The notes under the pieces are model-generated. The model did not search any database. It was not told where the DNA came from and saw only the letters and a list, made by a program, of their open reading frames with translations. A stretch of DNA of 64,000 nucleotides from Schmidtea polychroa (Eukaryota). The position numbers and the translations under genes were made by a program. This document shows positions 1 through 16,478 of the stretch, in pieces. Location of the stretch: contig CM097885.1 of assembly GCA_044892525.1 (NCBI GenBank), positions 17,238,001 through 17,302,000 on the forward strand, written 5' to 3'. Each line of letters starts with the position of its first letter. Position 1 is the stretch's first letter.

Positions 1-1466
1 GATTTCAGCTGTGATGCTGCAATTGTTCTAGCTTTACACCTGGCTCGGTGGATTGAGTTCCTGCTGATGTTGAGGGAATCAACATTGTGACCAAGGCTGG
101 ATGCTGTTTCACACAACACATAAACAGCATTTCTGGAGGATGTCTGTGTTCTGTCCAGAGCTGCCATTAGCCCAGGAGTCAATACATCAGTCTTAGCTTT
201 CTTTGGCACTGGCTTTGTGATACAGTCAGCAGGATCTGTTGATGAGGATGCAACAGGTTTATATTCATCATCACACAAGACAATCTGCTCTTGGTCATGG
301 TCACTGTCTTCACCAGATGATGATTCGAGAGTTGTCAAACAAGCACTGATATTCATTTCATCTACTGACCTTTGCCGCCGCCTTGCTTCAGCTTGTTTGC
401 GTTCACCAGCTGCTCTAGCTTTACGTTCAGTAACTTTATCCCGGACACCAATGGATCCTGGACGCCCTTTTTCTCTCTGGCGTAACAGGAATGCCCTGTC
501 TTCTGGGTTTCTAATGATAGTTAGTGCATCCTGATGGGCTATGTCGAACAGATCTTCAAGATGAGAAACAAATTCATGCTCCTGTTTTTTGTGAGCTTCA
601 CCAGACCTCGACTTGTGTTTTTGGAGACCCTTCCATTCATAAAAGACTGATTCAAGCTTCTGAATGCAGTGCTGTTCTGCTCTTGTTGGAATGCTTGCTT
701 TTTTCCAGAACTCCATTATCACGTTGATTGTCAGTTTACTGGCTTCGCGAAGAGTCATTTTTTCTACTTTATGTAGGTGTAGAAAGTACCCAAATGTCTG
801 ATAATACGATGGCAGCTTTGCACCAAGAATTTCAGGAACATATGATTTAATCAAGTAAACATTATCATTAGATCTTGTTTCCATTCTGTTAAATCTGAAA
901 CACAATAACATGGAGAGTGGAGACGATTAGGTTAAGCAAAACACTAGGCATTATTGAATGAACAACTGAAAAATTTTAAATTTTCTGTATAGTACAAGAG
1001 TACATTTAACATTGTAAAATGCATTCAACAACGATGTGTTTTTGCATGTAATTCAGCAAAGTAAAATACTGACTATTAATACATGAAGAGAACAAAGATT
1101 GCATAATTACATCTCGACTGGTGAGTAATAGCTGACTTTTTGTCTCAAAAATGAAAAACAAATATAAACATAAACAGAAGAGAATTAGCAAAGAATGTCT
1201 AATAAATTCAATAAAATACCAATAAATAATTAACACTTAAATAGGTTAATCATCCATACTCTCTCAGTCACTGCTATATAACAAACCAATAACTCGCCCT
1301 GAATTACCGGCAAAAGAAACACCATGTCAAAACTTCATCACCAGTGGGCCACCTTTAAATATTGTCAAATTGCAGAAATATTTTGCACTAATTATTTTTA
1401 TAGCAATTGGAACAACTTGGAAGGGTGAGAGTTGTTAGTTTTTAACTTTCAATTTTTTGGGCCACC

Positions 1467-1469
<3 letters not shown>
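1..1469 (-). mobile_element. hATm-type hAT DNA transposon, 5' portion (continues off the left edge), lying in a citrate synthase intron
   Basis: Terminus TAGGGTGGCCCAAAAAA on the minus strand at 1469, abutting a (TA)n tract; transposase ORF downstream. Confidence 0.8.
3..884 (-). CDS. hATm-type transposase, N-terminal part (open to the window edge, so absent from the ORF track)
   Basis: Manual translation from ATG 884: METRSNDNVYLIKSYVPEILGAKLPS...FWKKASIPTR...LEDLFDIAHQDAL...EDRAFLLRQREKGRPGSIG...AALDRTQTSSRNA, typical hATm N-terminal motifs. Confidence 0.8.
   Translation of the reverse strand, partial: METRSNDNVYLIKSYVPEILGAKLPSYYQTFGYFLHLHKVEKMTLREASKLTINVIMEFWKKASIPTRAEQHCIQKLESVFYEWKGLQKHKSRSGEAHKKQEHEFVSHLEDLFDIAHQDALTIIRNPEDRAFLLRQREKGRPGSIGVRDKVTERKARAAGERKQAEARRRQRSVDEMNISACLTTLESSSGEDSDHDQEQIVLCDDEYKPVASSSTDPADCITKPVPKKAKTDVLTPGLMAALDRTQTSSRNAVYVLCETASSLGHNVDSLNISRNSIHRARCKARTIAASQLK

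Positions 1470-1528
<59 letters not shown>
1470..1528. repeat. (TA)n microsatellite
   Basis: Direct reading. Confidence 0.95.
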
Positions 1529-1532
<4 letters not shown>

Positions 1533-2070
1533 ACTCTCGCTGCAAGATTTTAAAATCATCTAGTTAACAAAAAAGTTCTAACAGCAAGTCGAAAATTAGT
1601 ATTTATTATAAATTCTTTGGCTGAGTAATTATTAAATTGATTATTAAATTATTAAATTGATTGTTAAATTAATAAAACATTATTGTATTTATCTAAAAAA
1701 TAGCCATAAACACTAATAGCAAAATGATTTTTGAAGTATTTCTAAGGCCTAATAAATAAGTTTCCGACATCTGTATTATATAAAACTATTATTATTATTA
1801 TATTATGAATGTCAAAGGTTCGATTTTTGGGAGTTTCTTGATGCAAGATATTTTTAGAAATTGAGAATCACCGTAAATATTTATTTAAAAGCGATAATTC
1901 CGTACTTACCCAAACACTTTTCTCCTAATTTAGGTCGTAAAATAAAAAAAAATTAATAAAATAAAATTTCCCTTTTTAATATAACATTTTAATATAAGTT
2001 TATTTAAAAATTTTTATTTTATTTTTATTTAGATATTTATTTCATTATTAATAAATAGTTTAAATCAAAC

Positions 2071-6578
<4,508 letters not shown>

Positions 6579-7002
6579 AATTAATTGTACAAAATGTTAA
6601 GAACTTTCTTTTTAATCAAATTTATCTACTTTATATTTAAAGTGATTAATTTAAAGAAACATTTTATTAATGAGTTAAAAATTTCTAAGATTTCTAATTT
6701 GTCAAGATTTAAAAATAATTTCTAAAAATATAATTTCACGTTATTTAACTTATTTTTTCTTTGAATATAAATTATATATTATTTCTCTTTCTATTACTAA
6801 GAATTATACCAATTTTCGAATTTTAATTAAATTATTCAATTATTTTTTTTAAATCAAAATATTCAAATAAGTTATCGAAGTATTTGGGTTTCATCAGGAA
6901 AGTTCAATTTCGTGAATAATTCACCGCTCGTACATCCTTCGGTTCATCCTCCAGCATTAAGGTTGGAGTAAGTTTATGTAATCAGTGATTAACAAACAAT
7001 TT

Positions 7003-7320
7003 TGTTGGGCTAGAACCCAATAATCTTAAAAGTTGTTTGAACACACTAGTAACACAGCACACTCTCCAACAAGATTTTTTCAATTGATTAAAAACATCAA
7101 TTAATATAAAATAATAACAGAACATTTATCATTATATAAAACGAAAAAATATTGGAATTTCAAGAAAGAGAAAAACTAGCCAAAAGAAGTAGAAATAGTC
7201 AAGACGACATAAACTTTACTAAAAAAATACAAACGAAAATATTAAACAATTAGAGATAACGGTTATAGTAGCTCAAATAAATACACTTAACAAAAGACTC
7301 GATGAAATGGAGATATTCAA
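7003..7320 (+). mobile_element. Truncated 5' end of an LTR of the TGTTGGGCTAGA family
   Basis: Starts TGTTGGGCTAGAAC, identical to the start of the solo LTR at 8027, followed by similar A-rich sequence. Confidence 0.55.
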
Positions 7321-9699
7321 TTTCAATGGAAATATAATGGCGACAAATTCGCGACGTCAATCAGCCGAGTAGGCCCTGAAAATTTTAATGAACATCAACT
7401 GCGATGAATCTTGTGACGAAAATTCCGATGCTGAAGAAATAGCGGTGTTTGATGATGCCTTTTCGTCTGCTTCTGATGTGGAAATGTCGAATGAATCATG
7501 CGACGATTTTTACTTCCCTTACCACTTGCTCAACGTATTGGAAACAAGCCATGCAGCTCTACTTCTGTGACACAACAAAAGTCAGATATGACTGATAGTG
7601 TAATCGGGAAAGATGGCATAGAATTGCGATCATTTAGTCAACTACGTTCTGTGCTACGTGTCAATGGGGGTCCAACTATTTATGTGATTCGCCGAGTGGA
7701 TGATTCACCATATAGCTCATTCAAGTTGTTTTTAACGAACTAATTCTTCGCCACATTCAAAAGTGTACAGAAGCAGAAGCTTGTCGACAAGGTGAAAATT
7801 ATTGGTTCGTTGCTTTGCCTGAAATGGAGACTTTCATAGATTTGTGCTATGCGAGAGAGGTGCCTAATTATGGTTTAAAGCAGTGCTACTCAAACATTTT
7901 TGTGTCGCGGACCGGTTATTTTATCCTAATCCAAAAACATAAATTTTAATTAGTAATAATATTTAATAAAGAAAGTAACAAATAAAAAACTTTTTAACAA
8001 ATACACTAATGTGATGGATATGCCTGTGTTGGGCTAGAACTGATTTTTAGACCCAAAATACTAATTGTGACTGAAATGTGTAGGTACACAGCAAGTAAAA
8101 AAGCACCAAGTATAGTTAAATAGTAAAAATACACCAAATAAACAATATTAATTAAAGGAGAAAACAACAAAAGCATAAACACAAAAATTAAATAAAATTA
8201 TACAAGAGCAAGAAGTTATGCAAAATCTAACTCAAAAATAACCGAATAAACATAGAGTTACAAAAAACAAACTCGAATAACTTAAAAGATGGTAAAAACA
8301 GTAAAAGATTCCAGAAAAACCCAGAACATTCCATAAAAATGGCGATGACCATCATAAAAGCTACCTTAAACAATAAAAGTTAGAAAAATAAATAAATTAG
8401 TAATAAAAATAAAAATTCTTAAAAAGAAATTCATAAAACATCAATTAAAATTAAAATTAAATTAAAAGTAATATAGAATGTTCTGGAACCGTTCCAAATC
8501 CATCATGGACGTAAAATTAATGAAAAATAATTAAAAATTTGAACTTTAGAAATAAAAACAAAAATTATGGCACAAAAATTGCCATTAAAAATATCAAAAT
8601 CGCGAAATAGAAAATTCTGGAATAAAAAGAATTCGAGTTTGTTTTAATGCATCAATACATACACGTGTACAAAATAGGTATATATACTGACACGTTTCAG
8701 TCACAAGGATCACTTTTTATGCCAATATTTTTTTGAACGAAAATTTTGTCCAGAAAACTAACAGTAAGTAGTTTTTCCTTTTTGATGTTCATCATTTTCA
8801 TCATTGATATTAGTATTTTTATGTTTTGATTCATTAATGTACATTATTTTAATGATTTTAATTGATTTTAATCCTCTACCTAACTTGTTTTTACCTTTTT
8901 GACTAATCAGCGACGTCTTAGTGCGTCGCTATTTAGTCCTGCATTTAATATTAATTTTTAACTAACAATTTCACAGGCAGACAGGCAATATCTTTTATAT
9001 ATTTTTTTTTGTGTTCGGTCATCGGAGGTCGGCCACTTCATGGTTCTACCATGGAGTTGTGTCGATAAAACCCCTCCGCTATGGCTCCATATATTTATTT
9101 ATCGGTCGACAGTGATGTTTCGACTCAACATTACAATAGGGCTTGTCGTAGCGGTCACAGTGGGGCCGTGTAAGCAAGCATTCTTCCCGAGTTCCAATGC
9201 AGTACACATTTAAAATCAAGATTAAAAATTTCACACACTACTTCACACTAGGATCATAATTGAGTAGATCTCAGACCCAAATTAAACACAGCAATTACAA
9301 TTCAGTTAATGTAGTCGGTTGGGACCTCCCCACTTAGGTGTTGGACGAACATCGTTAGTAAATAAAAATTTTTATCAATTAAAATTATAACTATAGATTA
9401 TTTATAAAAGGAAAAAATTTATAAATCACAAAATGGAGTTTGTATATAAAGTGTAAATTAAAAACATCCTATAACCGTGAATTCTAGATTATCTCATAAA
9501 ATATAATCCTATGCTAAGTTCGAACCCGGGCTTATATATATGAGCGGCTATGTATAGATTATATATGCACGATGATAATACAATATAGGCCTTAAACATA
9601 AGATACGACCTATAATTGGTAACTCTATCTCGATTATTAAGTGTAAATGATAAGTGGTTATCTTAATTATAAAAATACAATCTAAAAAGAATCATACAT

Positions 9700-10860
9700 A
9701 AAATTTTTATTACAGAAATATAATTTATAAATGGTGATATATAACTTTGAATTTAAAATATAAAGTATAAATACTTATGGGAAATTATTAAACTATAATC
9801 TATAAAGAATTATACCCAAAATTTTATAAGAATATAAGTTCTCAATAGTTTTATGCAAATCCGAGTTTGAAAATATAACATATAAATGGTTATATGTAAA
9901 TTACCAATGTATCTTGATTATACAATTCGATCTACAAATGATTGTGCAAAAAATTTTTTGGCCATGAAAATATAATTTCTAAATAGTTAGGTATGAATTT
10001 ATATTTAGGGATATGAATTATAGATAGTTACATATAATCCTATATATACTTGGACCTTAAAATTATAAACTATAAATAGTTAGGAAAAAATTTTTACTTA
10101 TGAATGTAAATTATAAATAATTATATAAAAATTTTGATTATAAAATATAAAGTATAAATAGTTATATATAAATTGTGTACGGATATGGATCATAAAAATA
10201 TAAACTATAAATGGTTAGGAGTAAATTTTACTTATAAAAATATAAATTATAATTAATTATATAAAATTTTTGATCATAAAATATAAAGTATAAATGGTCA
10301 TATATAAACAGTTATAAATAGTTATATATACATTATATACGGATATCGATCATAAAAATATACTCTATAAAATGTTACAAGTAAATTTTACTTATAAAAA
10401 TATAAATTATAAATAATTATGCGAAAATGTTTTGATTACAAAATATAAAGTATAAATAGTTATATATAAATAGTTATAAATCGTTATATATAAATTATAT
10501 ACAGTTATTGATCATGAAAATATAATCTATAAATAGTTACGAATAAACTTTTCTTATGAAAACATGAATTATAAATAATTATATAAAAATTTTGATTATA
10601 AAATATAAAGTATAAATGATTATATTTAAATTATAAACGTATATCGACCATAGAAATATAATCTGTAAATAGTTATGAATAGATTTTACGTACAAAATAT
10701 AAATTATAAATGATTATATATGAATTTTGATTGTAAATAGTTGATTATAAATTATATAGGTATATTGATGGTTACGATTTAATTTTACAAAAATATCAAC
10801 TATAAGGGATTTTATATAAACTTGGATTGTAACAATATAATTTATAATTGGTAATATATG
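9700..10860. repeat. Degenerate AT-rich tandem array inside the solo LTR
   Basis: Recurrent AAAATATAAAGTATAAATAGTTATATATAAATT-like units. Confidence 0.85.
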
Positions 10861-11666
10861 ATACTGCATTACAAAGTAGTCCCAACAATTATCAGCATAA
10901 AACTAGTTCTGTATCACAAAATTTAGCTTACCTTGACAGTTGAGAAATTGTATATCCAAGCATTCAGTGTACCAATGTAACAGTAGAATCCCAACTGAAA
11001 TACCCAGCCATGATCAGGCTAATAATCTCCTTTGGAAGGAAAACTACAGGGTGAACGTTACCGATGCAAACTCGGCACTGAATCTGCACGAAAATTGGGC
11101 ATAAATCCACGATTGTAATATCACCGTAGCATGGATATTGAACTGATCCGGAGATAAAACAAACAACCAAAAATTTATAATAAGATGGTCACCCTGAACA
11201 CGACAACCCCGTCTAAGTGAGGATGAGGTGGGAAACTAAGTTCCAACAGCTCACCCAGCACCGACGGAGCTGGTTGATTCAGAGGTCAAATTCAATTAAC
11301 CTAAAATAAAATCTTATGTCAATGACATAACAAACTTTAAAAATGAATCATAAAATATCAATAATTAGATTAAATAAACAAAGTGAGATTTATTAATGAT
11401 TTATTTTTTTTTAAAGTTGAATTGCTGAATTAACCCTGTCAAATAGGATTAGATCTTCTGAAATTAATTTTGGTATTATTTTTATTTAGCCATGGGTTTA
11501 GTGAGTTTTCGGCGGCACTGATCTAACAGCGGGAAAAGGAAAATTTTTTTTATTTGATAAATTACATAACGGATTAATAACCGAGATTTAAATTAATATA
11601 CGCTCCATTCAGCAAAAGCAATCATTCCCCTACAAAAATCTCTTTTAATTGGGTTTATTTGGTAGA

Positions 11667-12029
11667 ATGTCCCAATCAAGCAAATCCGACGAAGTCGAAT
11701 ACCGGCAGATGATAACACGGCTCCGGACCCGGTACATATGGTATCGGATACACGACTGGAACCGGGGGTTGGACCTCGATAATTATGGTCCGGTCATCCG
11801 AAGTGGCCCAGAACCCGATGCCCCGGCGTGGGTGAAAGTAGAGCCCACCAACAACGTGCTCCGGGAAGCCCGCGATCGAGCGGCCGATGAGGTGGTGGAG
11901 GCCCAAAAGCGGCTGAGGAGACTCGAGCTCCAACTCAAAGCCGAAACACTGGGGGTAACTCTTGAAGAGCTGGAGGAGACCGACACCTCTCCACGAAAAC
12001 GGGGAAGGCCCCGCAAGAACCTGGCCTAA
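11667..12029 (+). CDS. LTR-encoded ~120-aa protein with a coiled coil and C-terminal AT-hook/NLS
   Basis: GC-rich open frame from ATG 11667 ending SPRKRGRPRKNLA* (RGRP core). A diverged homolog lies at 14549-14944 on the minus strand. Confidence 0.65.
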   Translation: MSQSSKSDEVEYRQMITRLRTRYIWYRIHDWNRGLDLDNYGPVIRSGPEPDAPAWVKVEPTNNVLREARDRAADEVVEAQKRLRRLELQLKAETLGVTLEELEETDTSPRKRGRPRKNLA

Positions 12030-12341
12030 CTCATCGACAGTCGCGGCTTGAATGGAATGGTTTTGACTGATTTCATCCAGTGATATTTTACCTTGTAGTA
12101 GCATAACGAATTGTATTTTTCTTTTGTTCATTAAATCTTGACAATATAGTCTATCGTGTATCTTCGTAGTGCAATAAATTATTTTTTTTGCTATTACATT
12201 TTGGACTTTATAGCTAATGGGGTGTATTCATGATTGAGGTGACCCTTTTCTCATCACCCACTTATTAATTTCATGCACATACTCTAACCAACTTTGCGCA
12301 CCTGGATGCGAGCGATGGAATTTATTATTATTTTCCTTCAG

Positions 12342-12823
12342 TGTACCAGTTACTTGAAAATCAACGAAAGGACCGCGAACAGGCCCAGCAACAATCCGAG
12401 GGTCTCCGAGGTCGGGTCGAAAAACTCAAGCTGAAGTATCGAGAACTCCAAGGTACTTGGTTCAGTCCAGCCGAGATGAAGAAACGGACGACCCACATCT
12501 CGCAACTCCAGACCCAGGCGGAGCAAGACCAACTCGAGATTCGAGCGTTGAAGCTACAAGTACGCTCGCTCGAGAGCAAATTGAATGAAAAACTCATCCA
12601 GGACGCCCTCCAAGAGCAGATTCGGCCTCTTCAGGTGGAGTTAGCCAAAATATACCCACCAGCCCAGACAAGCAAGCCGAAACGTAAACGGCTCGGGCGG
12701 AATACCCGCGACAAATTGAAAAGGGCCTGGCTGGCCGAGCAGGAGAAGTTGAAAGAGACTGAAGCCAATCCACGACCCCGAGAGACGTTCGAGAGTGCGA
12801 CCCTCCTGGGTAAACAAACTTAG
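12342..12823 (+). CDS. LTR-encoded coiled-coil/basic protein, probably a spliced exon
   Basis: 160-codon GC-rich frame, Q/E/K/L heptad-rich with KPKRKR, preceded by the acceptor-like TTTTCCTTCAG at 12341. Confidence 0.55.
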
Positions 12824-14548
12824 TGGTGGTAGTAGTAGTTGTTTAACGAGTATGTGATTGAACTTTGCGGTTGTTTAAAACAAGAGGATGGGTAGAAAGG
12901 CGTTTGGGGAAAAACAATCTCGATGAGGGACCGAAACAAATCGGACACGTGCCTTCTATCGGCGTCCGTGAACCCATAGAGTGCTCGACAATTACAGTGC
13001 TTGACGCGCTCACTTTTTGCGAGTACTCAACCCCTTGGTACAGTACCAACGTTGATTGCTCAACGGGTACCAGGAGGAAAACAACGTTGTATTCTGGGTT
13101 ACGCTGGTAACAGCACTTAAATATTCAACCACCAGTAACCCACCACCTGTTTGTTTTTAATAAGTTTGTCAATCGGTGGTTCAATTGTGGATAATGCCAC
13201 GCGCAATGGTGCACGAATATTTTAACGCTTAAAAATAAAATAAAATTTACAAAAATGTTCTGAGAAACGGCACCGGTCCACGGACCACTACTTTGAGAAG
13301 TGTTGATCTAAAGAATTGGGTGCGTCCATTTTTTGTGATTCTATGTCAAGATATAGGTTAACAGCTATCGTAAAATTTTTACGATTTGATATGAAATCAG
13401 AGAGAGCTAGCCGATTACAAGAAGATCGATTTGCCTTAGCGTCTTCAATAGTGTTTCCATTTATTGAAAACTGCAAGAAAGCTTTTGTCCCAAACGAAAA
13501 TCTCACCATTTATCGTTCTATATGTCGGTATCGATTTATTCAGTACATTGCTTCAAAACCTGACAAGTTTGACATCAATTTTTTTTTACTTGATCTCCAG
13601 ACGAAGTTTGTCTGCAACAGATTTCCGTATTTGGGCAAAAATCATGGCAGACCAACCAACCAAGCGTTGCTTCATACGTTGTCCACACTTTATCACAAGG
13701 ATATGAACGAAATGGTAACAACGTCACTTGTGACAATTATTTTACATCACTGAATTTGGTCGAAGAATTACAATGTAAAGGTGTGAGTATGATCGGAACG
13801 ATTCGTAATAAGCGGCGTGAGTTGCCTGACGTGGAGTCGCTCATGAAGGGTCAAGCCTTGTTTGATTCCAGCTTCTTCATTTCTGAAAATAAAACTATTC
13901 TAACAGTCTATAAATGTAATGGGTTACAGGTAAGCATGCAATTTACCTTGTCGAGCTGTTTCCAGCGTAACGCAGAATACAATAGTGTCCTAGCGCTTGG
14001 CACCCATTGAGTGATCAATTTTGATACTGTAACAAGTGGGGGAGTACTCTCAAAAAGTGAGTTCCCTATTGGCACTATAATTGTCGCGCACTCCTTTGGG
14101 TCCGTAGACTGTTGATAGAAGACTCATGTCCGATTTCTCTTGGTCCCTCCGTTAAATATTTTTCCCAAATTCGTTTACGTTCGTCATACTTACAATATTT
14201 GTATGCCCAATCTGCCATTATTCCAGGGATTTGAGTATGATAAAAAATGTCAATATCGATTATTATGAGGGTGACGCTCTAAATAAATAAAAAAATGAAC
14301 CCAAAAAATCCATTAGCATGACAATAATAAGAGATTTTACATAAAATAAGAGTAATACAAAGTGTGTGGTCCAATAAAGGGAGGAGTGCATTGTCGGCAT
14401 AAGGTTAAGTCAATATTATAGACTGCAAGCTCACAAAATCACACATTACAAAAGTTATCAATTATACATCATGGACTGATCGACGGATACCGCATTCGAA
14501 GAGGCCTCTTGGTGTTAGGTCACATGATATCAGTCTCAGTCCCCGTTG

Positions 14549-14944
14549 ATTATTTTGCGGGGCCCTCTCCGTTTCCTGGATGCAATCTGTGGTGGTGATT
14601 GACTGAGTTGAGAGCAGGCCTGGTCTTGCCCTTGCTGAAGACTTGTTAGCCAGTTCGCATCGGTTCCTCTGATTTCCTTCTCATCGAGGCTCTCGAACTC
14701 CTCGGTGTGGATCTCCTAATTCCAGGATGGGTTGCATACGGGCCTCCTTCAGCAAATTATTTTGGGCCTCTTGTTTGACGCAGATCGGAGGTCCTGGCTC
14801 TCGTCCCGTCCTGACGACCGGGACAAGGTCTGCTAGTCCTCCGGTGGTCCATGAGCGGATTTGGTACCATATCCACCGGGACACATGCTGGGTGACTGAC
14901 TTGAGCTATGGTTCTCCTACCCTCTGGCTTGTTTGATTGAGCAT
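14549..14944 (-). pseudogene. Frameshifted homolog of the LTR AT-hook ORF
   Basis: RWIWYQIRSW..LVPVVRTGREP..VKQEAQNNLLKEAR versus RYIWYRIHDW..YGPVIRSGPEP..VKVEPTNNVLREAR; ends in an SRKRRGPRK-like segment. Confidence 0.7.
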
Positions 14945-16478
14945 TTCTATAAACGCGTCATTCAATAGAAGCAGTATTACATTCGCATTCACCCAGATTA
15001 CCACCGCAAACTCTTAATTATTCCAATCATCCCCTTTAGTTACTTGAAGTTCGGTTCCTTATACATGTATCGCACAAGTTCTAGTATCCAATTCTGCTTT
15101 TAAGCCAGCCACTCATAAAAGACAATTAAAATGACATAGCTTCCGACCTAGATGATCGGTCAAGCTGTCGACATGTATTTGGACCAATTTATATGCTTGA
15201 ACATCTACATTTGCCCCAGTTGTGACCGCTCAGAGAGGCAAAATCATCAATATTAGCGGAATTTCTCAACATCAAGTTTTTGAATGGTCGTCGGTAATTT
15301 CATTTAATTCATTCACAGTAACGATTTTCTTTTCTTTAGGGAATTTTCATTGGGAATTATACCCTTTTGGATTTAATAGTTTTCGGGTTAGTTTCTATTC
15401 TGAGTAAGAGTTTAGGTTTATCTAGCCGGGTACTACTGGTCATGTCAGTATTTGTCAAGATTTGCTTTCTTACGAATTTCCATTTCGACAATTTAGCTAC
15501 AATACAGTTGTTATCTAGCTTAGAGCTGTATTGTGCTGGGGAAGTTGTAGGTTCTGGGGTTAAGGGTCTGGATCCCATGGTTAGGCGCATGATTACTATT
15601 GCCTTTTATCCCTTGACAGTGTCAAGTTGACACTGGAATTTCTCAATAATTGTAAATGAAGCGACTGTAATTGATTGATTTTATCCGTGGGTGTGTGGAG
15701 TGGGACTTATAATTGTTTAAGTTTTCCTACTGATGGGTGATTTGGAGGTGGAGGTAATGCTAAAAATAGATCGCGCTTTTCCTGCTACCTCATTGGAGGG
15801 ATATATTATCGTTCCTAAAATTAGGTTTAGGGTAATCCTGTAGTCGACAGAGTTCATAATTTATAATACAATAATCCGTTAAATGTTACAATGATAACAA
15901 TACCGAAAATTAGACATGGTTAATAAAAAAATTTTAATGGCAATAATATTGAAAAATAACCATATTTAGTTAACTTTTATGATGATAGAAATATTGAAAG
16001 TACCGATATTTAGTAAATTTTATAATGATAATAATATTGAGACCAATAGTGATAATAATAATATCATCCACGATGTTACTTTAGGATTTCAATAACCGTA
16101 ATTATGTTAAGTTGACTAACTATAATGATGGTAATACTCACATTAGGAATAAGGATTATATGATAATATCATTATTACCAATTATAATTGTTAGAAGCTA
16201 TAACATTTAATTCTTCTGTCATCAAAATAAATTACTAAGACTATTAAATCCAAAATTATATTTCATTAAATCTGATTATATAAACAAATATTCTTGGGAC
16301 ATTTTCTAAATTTTAATTTCAACCAAATATCAACATACCATCGCATTCATACTTGAATTTCAATTTTATTAAAGATTTTTTTATTTTAAAATTTCAATTA
16401 TCATTTAAATTTTAATATCTTTAAATAATTTAAGTTTCAATTAAAATTTTACAAATTTTAATCATGAACTAATTTAAT

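Larger units (their letters stand above)
8027..13145 (+). mobile_element. Giant solo LTR (5119 bp) containing ORFs and an internal AT-rich tandem array
   Basis: TG...CA termini with imperfect inverted repeat (TGTTGGGCTA / TAACCCACCA) and 4-bp TSD CCTG (8023-8026, 13146-13149). Excision restores the host hAT reading frame. Confidence 0.8.
7881..13305 (-). mobile_element. Short non-autonomous hAT (Buster/Charlie-type), ~300 bp net, interrupted by the 5.1-kb solo LTR
   Basis: TIRs CAGTGCTACTCAAA / TTTGAGAAGTGTTG; degenerate 8-bp TSD GTTTAAAG/ATCTAAAG. The rejoined minus strand reads LRVALSTIEPPIDKLIKNKQAYPSH*, a Buster transposase C-terminus. Confidence 0.8.
7337..13914 (+). pseudogene. piggyBac transposase pseudogene in two pieces (7337-7880 and 13314-13914), split by a hAT MITE and truncated by an LTR at 13915
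   Basis: Acidic N-terminus, GKDG, GPT..YSSFKLFLT, IQKCTEAEA. Removing the insert rejoins LWFKELGASIFCDSMSRYR..KFLRFD..IASKPDKF..YLGK..IGTIRNKRRELP. Several frameshifts and stops. Confidence 0.85.

Noticed and set aside
217..727. Plus-strand ORFs of 105 and 67 aa
   Set aside because: Antisense shadows of the minus-strand hATm transposase.
1910..1925. AG/GT-bounded 15-nt micro-exon candidate in the CS intron
   Set aside because: Encodes EKSVW rather than the expected GGNVSAH continuation; no support.
11676..12597. Minus-strand ORFs overlapping the LTR ORFs
   Set aside because: Shadows of the GC-rich plus-strand frames; homology with the second LTR copy is in the plus-strand frame.
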